Positions 9,831-19,268 of a stretch of DNA of 64,000 nt are shown here, piece by piece. The DNA is from an uncultured Poribacteria bacterium (GTDB lineage Bacteria > Poribacteria > WGA-4E > WGA-3G): assembly GCA_958296135.2 (NCBI GenBank), contig CATQHZ020000001.1, positions 3,264,001 to 3,328,000 on the forward strand. Direction: 5' to 3'. The position numbers and the translations under genes were made by a program. The notes under the pieces are model-generated. The model did not search any database. It was not told where the DNA came from and saw only the letters and a program-made list of their open reading frames with translations. Each line of letters opens with the position of its first letter. Positions within the stretch are counted from its first letter, which is position 1.

Positions 9831-9916
9831 AGCGACTCAAATCAGATAATCGTTTGTAGTGCGGGAGCAGACACTCTCGCACTACAGCTGTTCGTTTGGT
9901 ACTCAAATGAGGATGC

Positions 9917-10156
9917 ATGATGGAAAGAAAAACTATGTCAAAAGCAACTATCATCGGTGTTATATTCCTCGTCATCCTCGTTTGCGTTGTGATAGTTCTG
10001 TTGGACAATAGCGAAGAACCAAGCAAAACCAAACGGAATCCACCGAATTTTTCCGGGACGGCCTCAGTGAATCAAATCGATGCGGATTGGGCAGCGTTGG
10101 AAGGCGTTTCCCTACCCGCGCACCGTGGACTTATGCTTTCTGTTCCACCATGCTGA
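9917..10156 (+). CDS. Small single-TM hypothetical protein, possibly truncated
   Basis: GAGGA RBS and hydrophobic N-terminus; overlaps the 3' end of the convergent gene. Confidence 0.4.
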   Translation: MMERKTMSKATIIGVIFLVILVCVVIVLLDNSEEPSKTKRNPPNFSGTASVNQIDADWAALEGVSLPAHRGLMLSVPPC

Positions 10157-10736
10157 CGAGGATGCCGAGGAGCCTATCGCACCGTTCAATCGTGTAAGTT
10201 GCCATATCAAGGTGGAGCTGCTTTCCCTCCAATTTGAGGAACTGCCAATCTATTCCTGTCGTGGTTGCTCCATAAACGCACGGGATTTCGTTCCCCTGCT
10301 CGGCATTAAAGCGTTGGGCAGCCACCATTTCTGCAACGCATTGTCCAAGCCCTTGTTTCATGTCAAGATTTTTTGCCTCAACCAGGACAATAACAGGAGC
10401 CTGCAAGTCAAGCTGGTCTGGCGACAAACTCACTAAAAAATCGCAAACGCCTGTCAAGTCACTGCCCGGGTCAACGCTGAACTCAATGCCGGAAAAGAAA
10501 CTGATCCGGTAATGGAAGTGTTCAAGGAGCTCAACGAGCACATCGGCGACAATCAGTTCCGACCGGGCTTTCTCCGTGCCGATGGCGGTGGCTAACGATG
10601 CCTTTTTCGCCAAGCCTGTGGTGAGATACGCACTTGGTTCCACTGGCTCCATTTCAGAAAAGTAACCGCGGGACAAGACTTTGTCTAATTGAAACTTTTG
10701 CTGGACCTCGGCCAAGGTGAAGTTGCTATAAGCCAT
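10131..10736 (-). CDS. PD-(D/E)XK-like hypothetical protein, tandem paralog 3
   Basis: 201 aa; CDFLVS..VEAKN..GQC..YGATTTG.DWQFL. Confidence 0.85.
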   Translation of the reverse strand: MAYSNFTLAEVQQKFQLDKVLSRGYFSEMEPVEPSAYLTTGLAKKASLATAIGTEKARSELIVADVLVELLEHFHYRISFFSGIEFSVDPGSDLTGVCDFLVSLSPDQLDLQAPVIVLVEAKNLDMKQGLGQCVAEMVAAQRFNAEQGNEIPCVYGATTTGIDWQFLKLEGKQLHLDMATYTIERCDRLLGILVSMVEQKA

Positions 10737-10788
10737 GGGAGTGAACCTCTTTTGCAGCAGGCGGCAATGCTATCCGCGCCTCGTTACA

Positions 10789-11394
10789 TCATGCCTTTTG
10801 TTCCACCATGCTGGTGAGAATACCGAGAATCCTGTCGCACCGTTCAATCGTATACGGGGCCATATCAAGGTGGAGCCGCTTTCCCTTTAATTTCAGGAAG
10901 AGCCATTCGGTGCCTGTCGTGGAAGCTCCATAAATGCAAGCGATGTTATTCCCTTTTTTCGCATTAAAACGTTGGGCAGCAAGCATCTCGGCGACACACT
11001 GCCCAAGCCCAAGCTTCAGGTCAAGATTTTTTGCTTCAACGAGGACGATGACAGGTGCAGCCAAATCAAACTGGTCCGGCGACAGACTCACTAAAAAATC
11101 GCACTCCCCAACTAAGCCGTTCTTGGCATCGACGTTGAATTCAATGCCCGAAAACAAGCTGATGCGCCCCTCTAAGTGTTCGCGGAGTTCAAACAGAATA
11201 TCGGCGACAATCAGTTCCGACCGGGCTTTCTGCGTGCCGATAGCAGTAGCTAACGCCGCCTTTTTTGCCAATACCGTGGAAAGATACGCACTTGGTTCCA
11301 CCGGCTTTATTTTAGAAAAGAGTCCGGTGAACAGAACCTTTTCGAGTTGGAACGTTTTCTGCACCTCGGTTAATGTGAAGTTGCTATAAGCCAT
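10789..11394 (-). CDS. PD-(D/E)XK-like hypothetical protein, tandem paralog 2
   Basis: 201 aa from MAYSNFT, with GAGG RBS; same motifs. Confidence 0.85.
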   Translation of the reverse strand: MAYSNFTLTEVQKTFQLEKVLFTGLFSKIKPVEPSAYLSTVLAKKAALATAIGTQKARSELIVADILFELREHLEGRISLFSGIEFNVDAKNGLVGECDFLVSLSPDQFDLAAPVIVLVEAKNLDLKLGLGQCVAEMLAAQRFNAKKGNNIACIYGASTTGTEWLFLKLKGKRLHLDMAPYTIERCDRILGILTSMVEQKA

Positions 11395-11443
11395 GAGTGC
11401 ACCTCTTTTGTTGTGGGATGCGATTTTAGCTGCGCTTGTTGCC

Positions 11444-12049
11444 TCACACCTTTTGTTCCACCATGCTGGTGAGAATACCGAGGATTCTGTCGGATTGCCC
11501 AATCGTGTAGTCTGTTCTATCAAGGTAGAGGTGCTGCCCTGCCAATTTGAGGAATTGCCATATTGTCCCTGAAGTGAGAACCCCATAAACAGTGGAGATG
11601 TCATTCCCTTTTTCCGCATTAAAACGTTGAGCGGCGACTATCTCGGCGACACACTGCCCAAAGCTGCTCGTTAGGTCGTCCTTTTTTGCCTCAACCAGGA
11701 TGATAACGGGGGCCTCTAAGAAAGCTTGCATCGGCGAAAGACTCACCAAAAAATCGCACACACCGTTCAAGCCTTTTTCATCATCAACGTTGAAATCAAC
11801 GCCCGAAAACAAACTGATGCGCCGATCAAAGTTTTCGCGGAGTTCAATCAGAACATCGGCAACAATCATTTCTGACTTTGCCTTTTCCGTATTTATGGCT
11901 GCGGCTAATGCCACATTTCTCTCCAACGTCGTGGTGAGATGTGCACTCGGAACTACCCCTGCTATGTTAGAGAAAAGCCCTGTGGATTCAACGATTTCAA
12001 GTTGAAATGTTTTCTGGGCTTCTTCCAAGGTCCAATTACTATACGCCAT
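11444..12049 (-). CDS. PD-(D/E)XK-like hypothetical protein, tandem paralog 1
   Basis: 201 aa; AAGGAGG RBS; same motifs. Confidence 0.85.
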   Translation of the reverse strand: MAYSNWTLEEAQKTFQLEIVESTGLFSNIAGVVPSAHLTTTLERNVALAAAINTEKAKSEMIVADVLIELRENFDRRISLFSGVDFNVDDEKGLNGVCDFLVSLSPMQAFLEAPVIILVEAKKDDLTSSFGQCVAEIVAAQRFNAEKGNDISTVYGVLTSGTIWQFLKLAGQHLYLDRTDYTIGQSDRILGILTSMVEQKV

Positions 12050-12373
12050 TGATTGAACCTCCTTAAAGGTGTTATCTCCCGTATACGGGAGTTAATACCA
12101 TCTGGGGACAAACGCACGCAGGACCCGTGGGGCGAGGCCTCGCCCGACTGAGCGGGTGGTACCTCCCCGTTTACTCCGATTTTTGTCAGTCGACGGCGTA
12201 GGCGTTCTGTTTACAGAACGCCGAAGATGCGCATTCGGAAACCTTGCGAATGCGCTGCGCCGTCGACCGCGCGCAGTGCTGTTTGCGAAAGCCAAACAGC
12301 ACATCTTCGGTTATTTGTTATTACAAATAACCTACGCAAAAATCGGTAGGGGAGGTAATACCTTAATGGCACC

Positions 12374-14296
12374 TTACTTTTTGTTCTTCTTATCGTCGTC
12401 GACGACTTCGTATTCAGCGTCAACGACATCGTCGCCAGCGTCTGTAGGCTCGGCGGTGGCACCGGCGGCAGCTGCACCCGGGTCTGCACTTGTCGTCTGC
12501 TGGTAAAGCTGCGCGGACGCTTCATGCCACACCTGAGTCAGCGCATCGGATGCGGCTTTGATCTCCTCTTGGGTGTTCGCTGCCAAGGCACTCTTGACGC
12601 GCTCAACAGCAGCGGAGACTTTCTCCTTCGTGGCATCGTCTACCTTCTCCCCGAATTCCTTCAGGTTCTTCTCGGTCTCATAGACGAGAGAATCAGCACG
12701 GTTACGGGTTTCAACTTCCTCCCGTTTCTGCTTATCCTCTTCGGCGTGCGCTGCGGCATCTTTCACCATCTGCTCGATTTCCGCATCGGTGAGCCCGGAG
12801 GCGGCAGTAATCGTAATCTTCTGCTCCTTGCCAGTCGCCGTATCTTTGGCAGAGACGTTGAGGATACCGTTCGCGTCAATGTCAAACGTCACCTCGATCT
12901 GCGGCATGCCCCTCGGCACCGGGGGCAAGTCACCCAAACGGAATCTGCCGATAGTCTTGTTGTAAACGGACTGTTCCCGTTCGCCTTGAAGGACATGCAC
13001 GTCAACCGCGGTCTGGTTATCCTCCGCGGTCGTGAACGTCTGCGACTTCTTGGTAGGAATCGTGGTATTCTTCTCAATGAGCCGCGTGAACATGCCACCG
13101 AGTGTCTCAATACCGAGTGACAGCGGGGTAACATCAAGCAGCAGAATGTCTTTGACTTCGGCGTCACCGGCGAGCACGCCGCCCTGAATCGCGGCACCGA
13201 TGGCGACTACCTCGTCTGGATTGACACCCTTGTGAGGTGCTTTCCCGAAGAGTTGCTTTACTGCTTCCTGCACCTTCGGCATCCGCGTTTGCCCACCGAC
13301 GAGGATAACTTCGTCAATATCCGATGCGCGCATCTCGGCATCGTCAAGGGCTTGCCGGCACGGTGTGAGTGAACGTTCAACGAGCGCGTCCGTAATCTGC
13401 TCCAATTTCGCGCGTGTGAGCGTCAGGTTGAGGTGCTTCGGGCCACTGGCATCGACGGTGATAAACGGCAAGTTGATGTCCGTCTGCAGCGTGCTTGAGA
13501 GTTCACATTTCGCTACCTCGGCTGCATCTTTGAGGCGTTGTAGGGCCATCCCATCGTTGCGGAGATCGATGCCTTCACTGCTGAGGAATTCCTTGGCCAT
13601 CCAGTCAATAACCGCCTGGTCGAAGTCGTCGCCGCCGAGGCGCGTATCGCCGTTGGTGCTTTTCACCTCGAAGACACCATCGCCGATTTCCAGGATGGAG
13701 ATGTCAAACGTGCCACCGCCCAGGTCATAGACAGCGATTTTCCGCTCGCCTTCATTTTGCAGTCCGTAGGCGAGCGATGCGGCGGTAGGTTCGTTGATAA
13801 TCCGCTGGACTTCTAGGCCTGCGATTTTGCCTGCATCGGCCGTCGCTTGGCGTTGCGAATCGTTGAAGTAGGCAGGGACGGTGATAACCGCCTGCGTGAC
13901 TTCTTCGCCGAGGTACGCCGCCGCTGTCTCCTTCATCTTCCGCAGCACCATCGCGGAAATTTCGGGTGGCGAGTAATCTTTGCCATCAATAGTAACAACG
14001 ACATCTCCACCTCTATCACTTTTTAATTCATAAGGCACGCGGTCTGCCTCGTCTCCGAGTTCGCTGTATTTCCGCCCCATGAACCGTTTTATCGAAAAGA
14101 GCGTGTTTTTAGGGTTCGTGATGGCTTGCCGTTTCGCGACTTGGCCAACGGGGCGTTCGCCTTCTTTGGTAAACCCTACAACGGAGGGCGTGGTTCGATT
14201 GCCCTCGGTGTTTTCAATGACTTTGGCATCGCCGCTCTCTAATACAGCGACGCACGAATTCGTGGTGCCTAAGTCAATTCCAATGACTTTGCTCAT
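12374..14296 (-). CDS. dnaK: Chaperone DnaK (Hsp70)
   Basis: [33 protein letters not shown] tail. Confidence 0.98.
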   Translation of the reverse strand: MSKVIGIDLGTTNSCVAVLESGDAKVIENTEGNRTTPSVVGFTKEGERPVGQVAKRQAITNPKNTLFSIKRFMGRKYSELGDEADRVPYELKSDRGGDVVVTIDGKDYSPPEISAMVLRKMKETAAAYLGEEVTQAVITVPAYFNDSQRQATADAGKIAGLEVQRIINEPTAASLAYGLQNEGERKIAVYDLGGGTFDISILEIGDGVFEVKSTNGDTRLGGDDFDQAVIDWMAKEFLSSEGIDLRNDGMALQRLKDAAEVAKCELSSTLQTDINLPFITVDASGPKHLNLTLTRAKLEQITDALVERSLTPCRQALDDAEMRASDIDEVILVGGQTRMPKVQEAVKQLFGKAPHKGVNPDEVVAIGAAIQGGVLAGDAEVKDILLLDVTPLSLGIETLGGMFTRLIEKNTTIPTKKSQTFTTAEDNQTAVDVHVLQGEREQSVYNKTIGRFRLGDLPPVPRGMPQIEVTFDIDANGILNVSAKDTATGKEQKITITAASGLTDAEIEQMVKDAAAHAEEDKQKREEVETRNRADSLVYETEKNLKEFGEKVDDATKEKVSAAVERVKSALAANTQEEIKAASDALTQVWHEASAQLYQQTTSADPGAAAAGATAEPTDAGDDVVDAEYEVVDDDKKNKK

Positions 14297-14329
14297 GTTA
14301 AAAAATGTCCTTTGTTAAAAATGAACCGG

Positions 14330-14356
14330 GTAGGCGCGGTTGCAAATCGCGCCTAC
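14330..14356. repeat. REP-like palindrome family A (GTAGGCGCG..CGCGCCTAC); other intergenic copies near 1478, 4435, 16168, 19217, 22746, 25962, 33813, 40947, 42418, 44322, 47629, 58929, 61591
   Basis: Recurrent 24-27 bp hairpin bounded by GTAG/CTAC. Confidence 0.9.
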
Positions 14357-14395
14357 CGGGTGGATACAGGATAGGGCATTGCCCTGCAATTTACT

Positions 14396-14411
14396 TGCAA
14401 TATCTATGCCA
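14396..14411 (-). promoter_or_regulatory. Putative sigma-54 (-24/-12) promoter of dnaK
   Basis: TGGCAT-N5-TTGCA on the minus strand with canonical spacing. Confidence 0.7.
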
Positions 14412-14534
14412 ATAAAAATTGGGGAAAAACTGCGAGTCAGCATGCCAAATCGGCACACGTGAGCACTGTTTGCCAATTTGACACGCAACCTCCCCGGCGG
14501 ATGATGCCGCACCAATCAACCGCAACCGTTTATG

Positions 14535-15257
14535 CTAGGCAAACGGGAACGTGCCTTGATACCCGCGCGGGCGCGAGACATGCCAAACGCCATCATACAT
14601 TGGGGTTACCTGATAGTGACAGACGACGTTGCTTCGCTCCATATCGTCGCGTTCCTTGGCACCTTGATGTGGAATGTGGTTGATAAACACGACACAATCG
14701 CCTGCCTTGGGATGCAAGATGACATGCTCCTGGGCCTCGCACCACGCTTCAAACTCAGGGCGAGCTATCGGATAAAGATGCGGTGGTTCCAACAGATGTC
14801 CGCCTTTGATAAACTTGAGGTGTCCTTCCCCCGGGTCATTGTCCTGAAAGTAGAAAGTGGTGTTGATACCGACAGGAGCCACCGCGAATGGATGTTCATC
14901 GGCATACCGCTTCTCGTGCCAATAGCCGTAGAAGTCCATGTGCCACTCCTGCAGGTAGGGCCCAGGGTTGATATGCGCGCGGAGGCTACGCAGTTGGCAC
15001 TGTTTGCCCATCAACCCTTCTAGATAGGGACGGACGCTCGGATGCCCGACGAGCGGCGCATACGTACCCGGCTCCCGATCAAGAAGCGTATCAAACCACA
15101 TGTTGCCGACAGCGTTCAAACCTTCCTCCCAGCCCATTTCGCGGGCGTAGTTCACCCGGTGCCGAATACGTCCCGTTTCCTCCGGTGACAGCGCGCCTGC
15201 TACCAGAAGGAAACCGTCTTGTTGCAGCTGCGCCAGTTTGTCTTTGATGCCTGCCAT
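14535..15257 (-). CDS. Phytanoyl-CoA dioxygenase (PhyH) family Fe(II)/2-oxoglutarate oxygenase
   Basis: WHMD (HxD), KAGDCVVF, distal His in HIPHQG, conserved Arg. Confidence 0.88.
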   Translation of the reverse strand: MAGIKDKLAQLQQDGFLLVAGALSPEETGRIRHRVNYAREMGWEEGLNAVGNMWFDTLLDREPGTYAPLVGHPSVRPYLEGLMGKQCQLRSLRAHINPGPYLQEWHMDFYGYWHEKRYADEHPFAVAPVGINTTFYFQDNDPGEGHLKFIKGGHLLEPPHLYPIARPEFEAWCEAQEHVILHPKAGDCVVFINHIPHQGAKERDDMERSNVVCHYQVTPMYDGVWHVSRPRGYQGTFPFA

Positions 15258-15386
15258 CGTTCTATCTCCTTCCGCCTAAGTCCAGATCGCCCGATCTGGA
15301 CCTGCTTCGTTCAAGTAGGTTCAAAGGTTGGACTCAGGCGAGCCCAACCTAACGTAGAAAAGGGAAAATGAAGCCCAAATCGTCCT

Positions 15387-15414
15387 GAGCGGATAGGGAC
15401 ATCCGCCCTTACAA
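15387..15414. repeat. Palindrome family C (GGCGGAT..ATCCGCCCTTAC); also near 4097, 21553, 35446 and in coding sequence at 59726
   Basis: Direct sequence similarity between copies. Confidence 0.75.
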
Positions 15415-15424
15415 ACTTGATAAC

Positions 15425-16153
15425 TTAATCTAACGACTCTAACGGTTGGGCGTTCCCGAAGACCGGTACCGGTCCGTTAACCGGTGCCGCCCATCGTGCC
15501 GCGTTCGCGATGACGCGCCGAACGTTTTCGTCATAATAGATCGGATAGGTTTCGTGGCCGGGGCGGAAATAGAAGATTTTCCCCCTGCCGCGGTGGTAGC
15601 AGCAGCCGCTCCGGAAAACTTCACCGCCGGGAAACCAGCTGATGAAAATCAGGGTGTCCGGCTCAGGGATATCAAAGGGCTCGCCATACATCTCGGCGTG
15701 TTCCAGCTCAAAGTATTCGCCGAGTCCTTCGACGATAGGATGCCCATGCTCAATAACCCAGAGGCGTTCCTTTTCCGCCGCCTCGCGCCATTTGAGGCTA
15801 CACGACGTGCCCATCAAGCGGGTGAACGGCTTCGAGTAATGCGCGGAATGCAGAACGATGAGTCCCATCCCATCTAGCACGCGTGCACGCACTTTGTCAA
15901 CGATAGCGTCTTCAACGGCACCGTGTGCCATGTGTCCCCACCAAACAAGCACATCCGTGTTCGCCAAGACATCATCGGTTAAGCCGTGTTCGGGTTCGTC
16001 TAATGTGGCGGTTTTCACGTCAAACCCGCCCGCGGTGTTGAGTCCATCGGCGATGACAGCGTGCATGCCGTCCGGATAAATGGCGCGGATAGTCTCGTTC
16101 GTTTTCTCGTGTCTAAATTCGTTCCAGACTGTAACCTGAATCGGTTGCGTCAT
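15425..16153 (-). CDS. thuA: ThuA-like trehalose utilisation protein
   Basis: [31 protein letters not shown]; start trimmed to MTQPIQ. Confidence 0.9.
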   Translation of the reverse strand: MTQPIQVTVWNEFRHEKTNETIRAIYPDGMHAVIADGLNTAGGFDVKTATLDEPEHGLTDDVLANTDVLVWWGHMAHGAVEDAIVDKVRARVLDGMGLIVLHSAHYSKPFTRLMGTSCSLKWREAAEKERLWVIEHGHPIVEGLGEYFELEHAEMYGEPFDIPEPDTLIFISWFPGGEVFRSGCCYHRGRGKIFYFRPGHETYPIYYDENVRRVIANAARWAAPVNGPVPVFGNAQPLESLD

Positions 16154-16660
16154 AAGTTTCTCCTTGTGCGCTTGCAAAGCGCGCCTACGTGAGTGTTGTG
16201 TGTCCGTTCTCCGCTCTGTGGGACCTATGCGTTTCTGCCTTAATCTGACATAATCTACCAGAGGCATCAGCTGCCGCACTTCCTGCTTCTGCGCTCACAG
16301 CCTCCGAGTCACACCGAGGTGTGCCTACAGCGAGGTCTTACACGAGCTCCACAGGCGTTTTACGCGTCACCAGAGCTGTGTGCCGCGTGTCGTAACTTTG
16401 GTTTCGTTGTCGTCTCAGGTATTGCAGCGAGTCATTGGTCTCGCATCGGTCTTACCGTCACCTCCACCGTCAGTGGTGCCGCCGCACCGCCAACTTTTAG
16501 TCCGCTTTTCACGGGGGGGGGTAGGATTGCCTAACGTGCCTCTTGATACAGTGCAGGAGGAACGCTCATCACGCTCCGTCACCATCCTCTCTAACCTGTG
16601 AGATAAGACGACATTACGTCAGATTCTGTTAGATTTTTCGCCACTGCACCGAGCCCCTTC

Positions 16661-17881
16661 TTAAAACGCTAATTCTGTCTCCACAACCGCATCGTAGTCA
16701 ACGCCATCCACCTCAAATCCGAAGAGGTTGCGGAAACGTCGCCGGAAGCCGGCATAGTCGGAGAGTTCGTAGAAATTGTCGGTATCGATCTGTGCCCACC
16801 GGTCCGTCACCTCGGCTGTCACCTCTTCCTGCAATTCCCGGTCATCCAGCCGGATATAGCGTTCGCTATCCAGTTGGGGCTGGCGTCCGGGGCCGAGGTG
16901 CTCCGCGAAAAGCCGTTGCATCTGTTCGATCGGTGCCTCGTTGATACCCCGCGCGTTCATAATATCGTAGAGGATGCTAATATAGAGCGGCACGACGGGA
17001 ATGGCGGCGGATGCCTGCGTCACCACCGCTTTGTTCACAGAGATATAGGCGTGGCCGCCAAGTGCTTTCGCGAGGCGTTCATCCAGCGCGTCCACGCGCG
17101 CCTTCAAGTCATCCTTCGCCCTACCGATGGTACCATCCCGATAAATCGGCCAGGTCAAAACACTGCCGATGTAGGTATAGGCGACAACTGTCACTTCCGG
17201 TGCCAGCAAGCCTTCCGCTGCCAACGTAGATACCCACATCTCCAAATCCTCGCCGCCCATTACCGCGACGGTGTCGGCGATTTCGGCTTCGTCCGCCGGT
17301 TCAATTGTGACAGGGACGACTACCTCGCGATTCAGATCGATGGTTTTTCCGGTATACGGCGCGCCGATCGGTTTCAGCACAGAGAGATGCGATGCGCCGG
17401 TGCGCGGGTGGACGCGCCGGGGGGCAGCAATGCTATAGACAAGGACATCAATCGGACCGAGGTTTTCCCGAATGCAGTCCATTGCTTCACGCTTCATCGC
17501 ATCTGAAAAGGCATCGCCGTTGAGACTCTCGGCGAAAAACCCATCATGAGCCGCTTGTTGATGGAAGGCGACGGTGTTATAGTAGCCTGCTGTCGCCGTA
17601 CGGCGGCTATCCGCGGGCCGCTCGTAGAGCAGTCCCAGCGTCTTGGCACCGTAACCCCAGCACAAGGCGATGCGCGAAGCAAGCCCGTAGCCTGTTGAGG
17701 CACCGATGACGAGCGCGTTTAACCCCATTTCCTTATAGGCGCGCTTGGGATGCACGCGGTTGTCGGCAAAGCCCCGTTTCACGAGTTCGATCTGATGCTG
17801 CACGTTCGCGTGGCACCCAGCGGGATGCGCGTTGGTGCAGATAAACCCGCGGATGCGTGGCTTAACAATTTGAACTGCCAT
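16661..17881 (-). CDS. fabV: Enoyl-ACP reductase FabV / trans-2-enoyl-CoA reductase
   Basis: GFICTNAHPAGC, GASTGYGLA, Y-x7-K in YRDGTIGRAK, VVTQAS. Confidence 0.93.
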   Translation of the reverse strand: MAVQIVKPRIRGFICTNAHPAGCHANVQHQIELVKRGFADNRVHPKRAYKEMGLNALVIGASTGYGLASRIALCWGYGAKTLGLLYERPADSRRTATAGYYNTVAFHQQAAHDGFFAESLNGDAFSDAMKREAMDCIRENLGPIDVLVYSIAAPRRVHPRTGASHLSVLKPIGAPYTGKTIDLNREVVVPVTIEPADEAEIADTVAVMGGEDLEMWVSTLAAEGLLAPEVTVVAYTYIGSVLTWPIYRDGTIGRAKDDLKARVDALDERLAKALGGHAYISVNKAVVTQASAAIPVVPLYISILYDIMNARGINEAPIEQMQRLFAEHLGPGRQPQLDSERYIRLDDRELQEEVTAEVTDRWAQIDTDNFYELSDYAGFRRRFRNLFGFEVDGVDYDAVVETELAF

Positions 17882-17888
17882 AGTTCCC

Positions 17889-18350
17889 TTAACCCTCAAT
17901 TTCCACGACTATCTCAACTTCAACGGGAATGCCACCGGGCAGCTGCACCATGCCGACAGCAGACCGGGCATGCTTGCCTTTGTCGCCGAAGACCTCAACG
18001 AAGAAATCGGAGGCACCGTTGACGACAGCCGGCTGCTCGGTGAAATCGGGTGCCGAGTTGACGAACCCAACGACTTTCACTACCCGTTTAATCCGGTCCA
18101 AATCGCCAAGCGCGTGTTTGAGGGTGCTCAGCAAACCGATGGCAACCTGTCTAGCGGAGGCGTATCCCTCTTCAACCGTCGCATCCGTGCCGAGTTGGCT
18201 TTTATAGATTTTTCCCTCGCCGGTGCCGGGGCCATGCCCGGACGTGAACACCAAGCTGCCTGTCTGCACCGTTGTGACGTAGTTGGCAACGGGAACCGCG
18301 GGAGGCGGTAATGCCACCCCTAATTCTTCAAGCCGTTTTTCTATTTTCAT
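17889..18350 (-). CDS. RidA/YjgF family protein
   Basis: VANYV, GKHARSAVG, VEVE motifs. Confidence 0.9.
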   Translation of the reverse strand: MKIEKRLEELGVALPPPAVPVANYVTTVQTGSLVFTSGHGPGTGEGKIYKSQLGTDATVEEGYASARQVAIGLLSTLKHALGDLDRIKRVVKVVGFVNSAPDFTEQPAVVNGASDFFVEVFGDKGKHARSAVGMVQLPGGIPVEVEIVVEIEG

Positions 18351-18464
18351 AATGATATAACGTCTCCTCTCAACTGCCGCAAACGCGGCTTTTTTTGCAT
18401 CTATTTCTATTATTAAACAGCATTTCGCGAATTTTTTCAAGGAAATTTTATTTTAAAAATTTAT

Positions 18465-18493
18465 TTGCATTCGCTTGCAAAATGTGGTATAAT
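18465..18493 (+). promoter_or_regulatory. Sigma-70 promoter with no downstream ORF
   Basis: TTGCAT-N17-TATAAT with extended TG. Confidence 0.65.
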
Positions 18494-18499
18494 TATTAG

Positions 18500-18568
18500 G
18501 TGCGCAGAGCCTATACTGGACTGGAGCCGTTGACTCTCCGGTCCAGTCTGCGCACATTCCCGCTAGGC
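18500..18568 (+). ncRNA. Candidate small structured RNA
   Basis: 9 bp plus 11 bp stem starting at the predicted transcription start; U.G wobble favours the + strand. Confidence 0.4.
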
Positions 18569-18599
18569 GCGCTAGGACAAGCATCCCGATAAACAACTT

Positions 18600-19052
18600 T
18601 CATTGTGAGCTCCTTTTCACTTCTGCCCACTGCGTGGTAAGCCATTGTGGCTACGATGAAACCGGCAATGCGAACGCCAGATCAAACCAAGCGGGCAGCG
18701 TATTCGCTTGAGTAAAGAGTCCTCCCTGCGTGAGTTGTTCCACCGTACTGTCTGCCACTGACGTTTTGAAAATCTGGAATCGCCCGATTTCATCCGCCTG
18801 GACGTAGTCTCGGACACAAACAGAACCTGCTCACCGGTGGGAGACTAGGCGGGATGGAAATCGTCGTCGGGTTGCGCTGTCAAGTTGGTTTCGTCACTCC
18901 TGTCTGGCTCCACCACATAGGTGCCGGTTTGTTCCCGTCCAGCCGCGAGGAGGTAAAGGCGATTTGGGCAGTGGCGGGGGCTTTTGACAAAACGGGACAA
19001 ACGCTCGCAATCCACAAGAAACTGAGAAGGAAAAAACACTGAGAAGTTTCAT
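18600..19052 (-). pseudogene. Decayed TolB-like (PD40 repeat) secreted protein
   Basis: Promoter and AGGAGG-ATG intact; fragments in different frames: signal peptide + KAPATAQIAFTSSR, DDFHPA*SPTGEQVLFVS, and PAWFDLAFALPVSS*PQWLTTQWAEVKR. Confidence 0.8.
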
Positions 19053-19268
19053 GCATATTCCTCCTGCATTAAGTATAGCCAAACTGCACAAAAAAGTCAA
19101 AAGTTTTTTCGTGCCAAAAATATGAAAATGTGATAAAATGTTTACAGACTTAAGAAATGCCAAACCAGTTGCCACGCCTCCCAAAGCACTTTAACTGGAG
19201 CAGGCACCAACAACCGGTAGGCGCGCTTTCAAAGCGCGCACACTGGTGGACAGGAATTAGGACGGAGG

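Noticed and set aside
12524-13120. Long antisense ORFs opposite dnaK, fabV, the mutase and others
   Set aside because: Shadow frames expected from GC-rich codon bias; no motifs
14297-14530. CIRCE element upstream of dnaK
   Set aside because: No TTAGCACTC-N9-GAGTGCTAA; only a partial gagcact
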